DNA of 64,000 bases, from NCBI GenBank assembly GCA_020635715.1, contig JACJZG010000008.1, positions 91,553 to 155,552 of the forward strand. Direction: 5' to 3'. The number at the start of each line of letters is the position of its first letter. The stretch's first letter is position 1. Made by a program: the position numbers and the translations under genes. The stretch is from Flavobacteriales bacterium. GTDB taxonomy: Bacteria > Bacteroidota > Bacteroidia > Flavobacteriales_F > PHOS-HE28. This document shows, piece by piece, positions 56,340 through 64,000 of this stretch. The notes under the pieces are model-generated. The model did not search any database. It worked only from the letters and a program-made list of their open reading frames with translations, and was not told the origin of the DNA.

Positions 56340-56921
56340 TCACTCATCATCATCCACCTCGGAAACGCCACCGCTCACCACGAACTTCATCACATCCGCA
56401 GCGCGCGCATCGATCGGGGTCACGTTGATGGCGGGTACGATGTAGAGGTTCCCGCTCCAGTTGAAGGCGTGCGGCAGGTACACGGCCACCTTCGCCCCGC
56501 TGATGCCCAGATGGCTCAGGTCGTTCTGGGTGATGAAGCCCACCCGCTCCACGTCCAAGCCGACCCCCAGGCGCACGAGCACGGGCCGGTCGAACTTGCG
56601 CTTGCTCCCCACCACGGCCTCCACCAGGTCCTTGATCGCTGCGTAGAGCGTCTTGAGGAAGGGGATGCGCTGGAGCAGCTCCTCCCCGAAGTGGGCCAGG
56701 GGTTCGTACAGGAAGGTGGTGCCCAGCCAGCCCACCACCGTGATGATGGCGAGCAGCGTGAGCAGGCCGAGGCCGGGGATGTCCAGCGGGATGATGCCGT
56801 CCAGGAACCGGAGCGACTGCCACAGGGCCCACACGATGATGGTGACCGGCGCGAGCAGCAACAAGCCCCGGAAGAAGAAGCTGAGCAGGATGCGGCCGAT
56901 GCGGCGTGCGGTGTAGCTCAT
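56340..56921 (-). CDS. DUF502 domain-containing membrane protein
   Basis: 193 aa with two N-terminal TM segments and the conserved IP.LK.LY..IKD-like stretch (RIPFLKTLYAAIKDLV). Confidence 0.8.
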   Translation of the reverse strand: MSYTARRIGRILLSFFFRGLLLLAPVTIIVWALWQSLRFLDGIIPLDIPGLGLLTLLAIITVVGWLGTTFLYEPLAHFGEELLQRIPFLKTLYAAIKDLVEAVVGSKRKFDRPVLVRLGVGLDVERVGFITQNDLSHLGISGAKVAVYLPHAFNWSGNLYIVPAINVTPIDARAADVMKFVVSGGVSEVDDDE

Positions 56922-56934
56922 GGCGGCGTCAAAG

Positions 56935-57279
56935 CTAGAGCAGGTCGCGCAGCTTCTTCGGCAAACTCGCCCTTACCAGGTCGTACGAATGATCCGCCAG
57001 CTCCAGGAGCAACTTGCCGGGTACGCTGCCGTTGGTGACCACCGTGTTCCAGTGCTGCTTGTTCATGTGGTAGCCCGGAGTGATGCCCTCGTACCGCTCG
57101 CGGAGCTCGATCGCACGCTCCGGGTCGCACTTTAAGTTCACGCTGGTGAAACCGTCGGCATCCATCAGGGCGAACATCTTCCCCGCCACGCGGAACACCA
57201 ATGTCTCCGGACCGAAGGGGAAGTCCTCGCTGAAGCCGGGCTTGCGCAGGCAATGGGCGCGGAACTCGTCCAAGGTCAT
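56935..57279 (-). CDS. MmcQ/YjbR family DNA-binding protein
   Basis: 114 aa. Starts MTLDEFRAHCLRKPGFSEDFPFGPETLVFRVAGKMFAL, and later has PGYHMNKQHWNTV. Confidence 0.85.
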   Translation of the reverse strand: MTLDEFRAHCLRKPGFSEDFPFGPETLVFRVAGKMFALMDADGFTSVNLKCDPERAIELRERYEGITPGYHMNKQHWNTVVTNGSVPGKLLLELADHSYDLVRASLPKKLRDLL

Positions 57280-58037
57280 GGGAGTAGCGCGTAGATGACC
57301 GGTCGGCTCGGCGCGGCGTCGTTCATGAAATGTGGCAGCTGCAGCTCGAGGAGGAAGTCGCCGTCGCGCACCGCGCTTGGGATGTTCAGCAGTTCCGTGA
57401 TGGTGCGCTCGCGGTCGATGGTGTTCGGGAAGTCCCAGAAGGCATGGTGCGCGGCCAGCACACCGCCATCTTCTTCACGGTCCACGCTGGGAAGGTCGAG
57501 CAACAGATGCTTCACGCCGATGCTGCGCAGCCAGGCCGTGGCCGTGCTCTGCAAATAGGTGGGATTGGTTCCGCTCCAGTCGCGCGCGCTGTTGTCCGCT
57601 TGTGGCAGGGTGCGCAGGATCAGGGCTTCCGGTGGTCGTTCGTTCACCGCACCGCGGAGTTGTTCAAGGGTGATCACCTGGTCGATCTTCGCGTCAGGGG
57701 CACGCCTTTCCTCCGGACGGATGCTGATCAGCTGGGCCGTGAAGAAGAAACGCTTCAACTGATCCCCGATCGGGTGGATCTCCGGGGCGATGTGGCCCAC
57801 GCTCTCCGTATGGGTGCCATGGCCGTGCGGATTGAAGTGGATGTCGCGGAAGTTCACCGGGGCGCCGGAACAAACGGCGTATTCCACATCGCCGTTACGC
57901 ACCGGCTCCATGCGCACCGGACCCACCCACCAGGCGCGTACCTGCGGCTCGCCGGCGTGCAACGGAAGGGAAAGGTCGATGGGGCGGGAGAGGTCCACGC
58001 GGAAGGCGCGGCCGTGGTGGGTGATCTCAGCGATCAT
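57276..58037 (-). CDS. Cyclase-family protein (arylformamidase/kynurenine formamidase-like)
   Basis: HGHGTHTESVGH metal-binding motif. ATGA overlap with the downstream gene. Confidence 0.8.
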   Translation of the reverse strand: MIAEITHHGRAFRVDLSRPIDLSLPLHAGEPQVRAWWVGPVRMEPVRNGDVEYAVCSGAPVNFRDIHFNPHGHGTHTESVGHIAPEIHPIGDQLKRFFFTAQLISIRPEERRAPDAKIDQVITLEQLRGAVNERPPEALILRTLPQADNSARDWSGTNPTYLQSTATAWLRSIGVKHLLLDLPSVDREEDGGVLAAHHAFWDFPNTIDRERTITELLNIPSAVRDGDFLLELQLPHFMNDAAPSRPVIYALLP

Positions 58038-59151
58038 CGTCGGTGACGAAGAGGTCGGATGCGATGCGGTCCGCGAAGTGGCGACCCGCTCTGCTCAAAA
58101 CTAATCGGCCATCGACCATGCTGATGCTACCGTTCGACACATGCCGTTGGAATGCCGACGAGTTGATCCGCAAGGCGTCGATCTCCAACTTGGCGATGTC
58201 CACCCCCTTCGCTGTGCGCAGGCCGGTCATCAAACGTTCGTTGGTGCGTTGCGCCGGGGTGAGCGTTTCACTTTCCCAATAGCTGCTGCCTTCCCGGAGC
58301 GCCTTCCCGTACCGCGCGTTGTTGGCCACGTTCCAGCGACGCGAGCTGCCATCGAAGGAATGGGCGGAAGGCCCGATGCCGAGGTAGGGCACGCCCTCCC
58401 AGTAGCTGGTGTTGTGCCGCGAGTAGTGGCCGGGCTGCCCGAAGTTGCTGATCTCGTACTGGTCCAGACCGGCTTGCTCCATGCGTTCCATCAAGCGCTC
58501 GAACTGTGCGCTCTGGTCCTCATCCTCCGGCATGTGGACGCCGCCCTTCTTCACCTGGTGGGCGAGCACGGTCTTGGACTCCACGGTCAGGCAATAGGCG
58601 CTCAGGTGCGGCATGCCGTGGTCCAGTGCGATGGTGAGCTGCTCGTCCCATTCGTCCAGCGTCATCTGTGGCAGTCCGTAGATCAGGTCGATGGTCCAGG
58701 TCCTGAAGCCTGCGTTCGCGATGAGCCCGATGCTGGACAATGCCTGGCGGGCGTCGTGGGCGCGCCCCATCCATCGCAGGCGCTCATCCCGGAAACTCTG
58801 TGTGCCCAAGCTGATGCGGGTGATCCCGGCGGCTTTCCATTCAGCCAGTCGTTCCGCGCTGATGTCGTCCGGATTGGCTTCGAGGGTGATCTCCGCGTCG
58901 CGTTCCACCCGGAAGAGGTCCTGTGCCTGTTGGATGAAGGCGGCGATGCGACCGGGTTCCAAGAGGCTCGGTGTGCCACCACCGAAGTAGATCGTGCCCA
59001 CGCGACCGTCGCCGATCTCCTTGCTGCGCTTCACCAGTTCCAGCTCCATGGCATCCAGCACCGCTGACCGGTCAGTGGACGTGCTGAAGTGGAAATCGCA
59101 ATAGGTGCAGGCCTGCCGGCAGAAGGGGATGTGGAGGTAGAGGCCGGGCAT
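58027..59151 (-). CDS. hemW: Radical SAM family heme chaperone HemW (HemN-like, oxygen-independent coproporphyrinogen oxidase family)
   Basis: Starts YLHIPFCRQACTYCDF (CxxxCxxC), with GGGTPS and a HemN C-terminal region. Confidence 0.9.
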   Translation of the reverse strand: MPGLYLHIPFCRQACTYCDFHFSTSTDRSAVLDAMELELVKRSKEIGDGRVGTIYFGGGTPSLLEPGRIAAFIQQAQDLFRVERDAEITLEANPDDISAERLAEWKAAGITRISLGTQSFRDERLRWMGRAHDARQALSSIGLIANAGFRTWTIDLIYGLPQMTLDEWDEQLTIALDHGMPHLSAYCLTVESKTVLAHQVKKGGVHMPEDEDQSAQFERLMERMEQAGLDQYEISNFGQPGHYSRHNTSYWEGVPYLGIGPSAHSFDGSSRRWNVANNARYGKALREGSSYWESETLTPAQRTNERLMTGLRTAKGVDIAKLEIDALRINSSAFQRHVSNGSISMVDGRLVLSRAGRHFADRIASDLFVTDDDR

Positions 59152-59377
59152 GGGGCGTAAAGGTGACGAATGCTGGGAATTGGGTTCCAGCTGGACTGGA
59201 CAATGAACCGTGCTGCTATCTCCGGTAAAGTCGAGTTATCCATTCGAACGAAACACCCATTCGTGTGGGGTACCGTCTTTGGCGCAGTCTGCATTGAGGT
59301 TTGTTCGCCGCGATATTTCAACAGGCGACATGCGGGTCGAGATCTTCTTATAGCTTCACAGAACCAACCACTTGATC

Positions 59378-60940
59378 ATGTACTCCATATTCCACCTTCG
59401 GCCTGCAACTATTCTGATCGTTCACTTATTGCTCACAACGGGGCTCACGGCACAGCAACTTTCTGTCACACTCACCGGCTCCATGCACAATGGCTCCGGT
59501 GTGCCCTGTTTCGGGAAGAAGGAGGGGACGATAACCACCACGGTCACGGGCGGAACCGCACCGTACAGCTACCTCTGGAGCAACGGGGAGACCACCGCGA
59601 ACCTGAGCGGGATAGCGGCAGGATTCTACAGCGTTGAAGTGAAGGACGCCGTTGCCGCTGTCGTCAAAGTGGAGATCACCCTTACCGAACCCGAGCCGTT
59701 GAAGGTGAAGCCGACCGTGAGTTCGTTCGATAACGGGGAGAACATCAGCTGCTTCGAGTGCAACAACGGTTGGATACAGACGGGCGCCACGCAAGGCACT
59801 CCCCCGTATACCTACACCTGGGATGATTCACCAAGCACCAGTGCGAACCGCTATGGCCTCGGGCCGAAGGAGTATCAGGTCACCGTTACGGACGCCAACG
59901 GATGTGAAGAAAGTGCGGTGGTCAAGATCACCCAACCTGAACGCTCGGACTGGACCATGGGCGGGAATGCGGGTACGGATCCGGAAACCCAGTACATCGG
60001 CACCAGTGATAACAAGGATCTGGTGTTCAAGGCCAATGGGCAGGAGGGTATTCGTTTGAAAGCGAACGGCGATATCAGCTTGATGGGTACGCTCACCGGC
60101 GATGGCCCTTTGTATCGTCGGGATGATGGGCTGCTCGGCAGCGGCTTCCCGGTGTATCCGGAACGACCGGTGGACCGTTGCCACGGTCTGGGCTCCTATC
60201 CATATTGGGAAACACGGGGTAATGCGTTCCATCAGCTATGCGAAGAAGAGGATCCGCTGCTTGGTACGTTGGCAGAACGTCCGCTCAAGATCATCACCAA
60301 CGGTCAGGAGCGGATCCGGATCACGCACGATGGCAAGGTCGGCATCGGTGAGGCTTATCCAGAAGCAAGGCTCCATGTGAAGGGCGACCTGCTGGTCAGC
60401 ACACCGCATGGTGCCATCCTTAGTACCGCATCCGCTGAGCTCGGTGCAATACTGTGGGCACGCAATGACAATGCGGCTTGGGGGTTATCGATCGACCCCA
60501 CCGGAACGGGCCATATCCTCGGTGATATCAACGATCCGGAAGCGGCCATGTCCTTTAATTATGATCGAGTGACGATCAACAGTAGGTTGGTGATCGGTGA
60601 ACCGACCATTGGTCCTTTCGGGGCCTACCGACTTTTCGTGGACGGTGGGATAGCCTGCCGGGATGTGTTGGTGAAGACCGGGGATTTCCCGGACTACGTT
60701 TTCCAACCGAACTATGCGTTGCTCCCGATCGGTGAGTTCCGGAAGTACATCAGCTCGGAAAGCCACCTGCCGGGCATACCGAGCGCCGCCGAGGTGGACG
60801 CGAAAGGCGGTGTTGAGGTAGGCGACCTGCAAGTGCGCATGCTGCGGGCGCTGGAGGAACAGGCCTTGTACATCCTCCAGTTGGAGGAAAGGCTGAAACT
60901 GGCCGAACAGCGCATCGAAGACCTCAACACCGGGAAGTGA
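59378..60940 (+). CDS. SprB-repeat protein with C-terminal tail-fibre / intramolecular-chaperone-like domain
   Basis: ATG at 59378 (MYSIFHLRPATILIVHLLLTTGLTAQ). Two SprB-type repeats (CFGKKEGTITTTVTGGTAPYSYLWSNG and CFECNNGWIQTGATQGTPPYTYTWDD). The C-terminus DFPDYVFQPNYALLPIGEFRKYISSESHLPGIPSA plus a coiled coil resembles tail-fibre-domain proteins. Confidence 0.75.
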   Translation: MYSIFHLRPATILIVHLLLTTGLTAQQLSVTLTGSMHNGSGVPCFGKKEGTITTTVTGGTAPYSYLWSNGETTANLSGIAAGFYSVEVKDAVAAVVKVEITLTEPEPLKVKPTVSSFDNGENISCFECNNGWIQTGATQGTPPYTYTWDDSPSTSANRYGLGPKEYQVTVTDANGCEESAVVKITQPERSDWTMGGNAGTDPETQYIGTSDNKDLVFKANGQEGIRLKANGDISLMGTLTGDGPLYRRDDGLLGSGFPVYPERPVDRCHGLGSYPYWETRGNAFHQLCEEEDPLLGTLAERPLKIITNGQERIRITHDGKVGIGEAYPEARLHVKGDLLVSTPHGAILSTASAELGAILWARNDNAAWGLSIDPTGTGHILGDINDPEAAMSFNYDRVTINSRLVIGEPTIGPFGAYRLFVDGGIACRDVLVKTGDFPDYVFQPNYALLPIGEFRKYISSESHLPGIPSAAEVDAKGGVEVGDLQVRMLRALEEQALYILQLEERLKLAEQRIEDLNTGK

Positions 60941-63900
60941 TGGCCGGCATAACCACAAGAGGGCGCGGCATCCATCACGGGACCGGCTTGCTCGTGATCG
61001 CGGCCTATTTGTACGCGATCACCCTTTCCGGGCAGACGCAGTTCCCAACACCACCGTTCAACCTGCCTGGGACCACTTGGAACGGTGGCACACATCACTA
61101 CACCGCGTTGCCGGAGATCAATTGCCCGGATGACCCGGAGCCGTCTATGGCGATCACGAGCGATGCCGATGCCGAGTTCGTTTCCGGCACGGCCATACAT
61201 CTGAAGGAGGGCTTCCATGCCGGTGCTTTCAATGGATCCGGGCAGTTCCACGCGTACATCGGTGATGGTTTCGGGGATCCTGCGGCACTCGTGCTCATAT
61301 CGCCCGGTGCGGATACAAGCATTTCTGAAGGGACCGTTCATGTTCATCAATGGGAGAAACTGGAACTCGGGTTGGAGCTTCCAACGCTCTACCAAGCAGC
61401 GGTCGATAGCTTCTTCACACACTACTATTCCAACGGACCGGAAGGACCGGCAACACCGGGTATGGTGGACGCGGTGCACGACCTCAATCCCTATGCGGAC
61501 GATTCGTTGCAGCTGGTGATGATCTTGACCACGCCCTCCGGGCAGCAGACCTTGAAGTGGGGCTTCTTCATGCGGGAGGCGAAATGGGCCGACACGGACC
61601 CCCTGGCGCGGATGGTGGAGGATACGTTGAATGCCTACCATCCTTATCACGTTCGGTTCCGGATAGCCCCGGAAGAGATCGGGCTTTGGCATTTCTCCCT
61701 GCGCGTGAGCGCACCACACACCCTTAGCCCTGAGAACGCACCATTGCCTGTTATCGAGTACCCGCTATATAGCTTCATCTGCGACCCTCCGCTGGCGGAC
61801 AACCATGGATTCCTTCAAGTGAATGGTAACAATCATCGGACACTTCGTTTCGACGATGACACCCATTTCTTCGGCATGGGCGTGAATATGGCCGATCAGA
61901 AACATGGAAACCTGGGAATTCCGGATTCCCTGCCAAAACCACAGGGTTGGTGGTACACCTATTACCAACGCGACCACTCCACCATGTTGCAGACCATGGA
62001 CATGCTGAGCTCTGTGGGTGGTAACTTCATGCGCATGATGCTCTTCAAGAACAGCTTCGCACCGGAATGGGTGAACCTGGGGGTGTACGACCAGTACCTC
62101 AGCCCGCCCATGTGTGCCTGGTCAGAGAGCACGGACAATGATTCGTGCGCCCTTACCTGGACCCCGGATTTCAAAGGCAACGGGCAGTACCAGAGCTGGG
62201 CGTTCGATCGCATGTTGGACAAGGCACGCGAGGCAGGCATCTATATCCAGCTATGTGTCGATCCCAATATGCCCACCGCTGCGTTCGAGAAATATCTCTG
62301 GGGCGACCACCCGCACGTGATCGCTTTCCTCGAACGGACACGGGTGCCGGGTGCACCTTACGACATGAAGCATTACTTCTACGCCGATGCCGACCCAGCG
62401 GTCCAGGACAGCGGTGCTTTCTACTATTGGAAACGCAAGTACAAGTACATCCTGAGCCGGTGGGGCTACTCCGTGAACCTGGCGGTGATCGAGCCCTTCA
62501 ACGAGATGGACCAGCTGCTCACGTATGGGGAGGATGATCTGAACGTAGGTACCTCCGCTTTGCCTGGATGTGAAACAGATGCTCATGGCGATGTTCCGCA
62601 TAACGAGATATGCCGTGAGAACCGGATCGTATGGCCCAACGATCCGCTCATCCCAGGTATCGTGGACCGCTGGTTCACCGATCGATCGGCTTTGTACACG
62701 GACCCGGCATCCATCGGGAACCGATAACCTCTTCGCTTGGGTGATCGAAGGCCGTTCCTGATCGGGTTATACCGGGGCGGTGCCCCACACGGATACGGCC
62801 TTCTACAGGCCCTTACGCAACCCGCTGATCGACCTGAACGACATGCACCAATACGCCTTCCCGAACACGGGCGAGCAGCACCTTCCGGATTGGCGGATCA
62901 AGACCAGCTTCGATGTGGCCCAGAACTTCCGGAACAACTACCCAGCAGGTGCGACCAAGAAACCCTTCGGGCACGGCGAGTACAGCTACAGTACGAACAT
63001 TGTTGCTGGCCCGCCGGGTCATACTGAAAGTTATGAGATCGAAAAGTTCTTCCACAATTATGATGTCTCTTTCCACAATGAACTTTGGGGCCACTGCCTT
63101 CTCTGGCAACTTCGCAACGGGCCTGAGCTGGCACTGGGATCGCGTGTTCTGGTGGGAGGATGCATTGGAGGCACCCCCAGATGACTTTTTCAATAGTTTT
63201 CAGAATGAATTCTCAAATGAAATTGATTCAATAAGTAGGTTGGATGTTGGATTGCAGTATGCTATTCCAATCAAAAATCGTCGACTTCATCATCATTTCC
63301 GGCCTTTGAAGGAACTTTTGGAACACCCGAGTTGGGCATCGTATGATTTCTTCAGTTCTGAGTACAGCGCGCATAAAGTTTTCGATGGCCGGGAACTTAG
63401 TAGCGAGGCACAACGAGATGTCTTAGAGAGTTACTACCTGAAGAGCCTGGATAGCACCGCCGCCATCGGTTGGGTGCATAACCGCAATGCGTGGGTGATG
63501 AAGACCTACTACCTGGATCGCAATACACATAACTTCCTTGCATGCGAAGCGCCAGGACCACCGAGCGATACCCTGAAACTTCCAGGTTTTGCACCGGGAT
63601 CGTACTTTGTATCCTGGTTCCCGACCCGCTTGAACAGTACCTTTCATCCACCCCAGATGGAACTGCAAACGGACTTGGATACGCTGGAGATCCCGTTGGC
63701 CGGTTATTTCGGAGGTGTGAGCAATAACTACCTGGACACCTTGCGGAGTGACTATACCTTCATCATCACGCCGGGACCGTTCATGAAACGCTTGCACCGG
63801 CCGTCGGTTGTGGAACAACCTGTTTCGGCAGGATGGGATTTTGGGCTTTATCCGAACCCCACACGTGACGGATTCTACCTCGCTATGCAGGATGAGGTAC

Positions 63901-64000
63901 CCAAAGAAATAGCCTTGTTCGACCTTGCTGGACGCAGGATCACTCAAGTAGTGAATGTCACCGACCTAATCCATTATTTTTCTGTGGAGCACTTGGCCAT
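60940..64000 (+). pseudogene. Disrupted T9SS-secreted clan GH-A (cellulase-like) glycoside hydrolase gene; 3' end runs off the window
   Basis: One reading frame is split three ways. Frame 1 covers 60940..62727, with a signal peptide and IEPFNEMD (an NE(P)-type acid/base motif). Frame 2 resumes around 62728..63184, with an in-frame TGA at 62759. Frame 3 is open from 63090 to 64000. Deleting one G from the run at 63087..63090 restores ...HNELWATAFSGNFATGLSWHWDRVFWW. The tail WDFGLYPNPTRDGFYLAMQ...IALFDLAGRRI is a T9SS type A C-terminal sorting domain. Confidence 0.7.

Noticed and set aside
1-64000. A search by eye for tRNA, rRNA, tmRNA, CRISPR arrays, transposase or integrase genes and riboswitch-like leaders in all intergenic gaps longer than 80 nt.
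   Set aside because: I saw no T-arm-like GGTTCGAATCC-type motif, no regularly spaced direct repeats and no recombinase-like ORFs. This is visual inspection only. tRNAscan-SE and Infernal/Rfam should be run to confirm.

Overview
This is a 64-kb chromosomal segment from a high-G+C member of the Bacteroidota. The phylum call is my inference from a T9SS C-terminal sorting domain, SprB repeats, Bacteroidota-typical DUF genes and TAnnTT(T/C)G promoter boxes just upstream of start codons. I count about 60 tightly packed protein-coding genes. Most are housekeeping: lepA, purD, purQ, dnaG, rlmN, ispD, queA, truB, uppP, ftsX, leuS, ispG and hemW. They are interleaved with envelope proteins and a dense signalling block. 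That block holds a receiver, an NtrC-type sigma-54 activator and a CHASE3 kinase; an ECF sigma, anti-sigma, TonB-C-like protein and OMP; a NIT-HAMP kinase; and a TPR kinase with a NarL regulator. I found no rRNA, tRNA or CRISPR array by eye. Many ORF-track entries are antisense shadows typical of high-G+C DNA, or N-terminal over-extensions, so I trimmed starts where a signal peptide or conserved N-terminus made the real start obvious. The observations most worth a second look are:

1. A 24-bp perfect inverted repeat built from NNNTGGC heptads lies next to a consensus sigma-54 promoter, upstream of a DUF3108 gene.
2. Three copies of a GTAAC-N16/17-CGTC(C/T)TAT ECF-type promoter define a small sigma, anti-sigma, TonB-C-like and OMP regulon.
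3. A 96-nt duplication of the ispG 3' end brackets a single AT-richer membrane-protein cassette.
4. A RelE-type toxin-antitoxin pair is translationally spliced into the ispD-rlmN gene string.
5. A strongly AT-shifted segment sits inside leuS.
6. A terminal AT-richer island carries a SprB/tail-fibre protein and a disrupted T9SS glycoside-hydrolase-like gene.

All family assignments come from motif recognition by eye; no database search was run.
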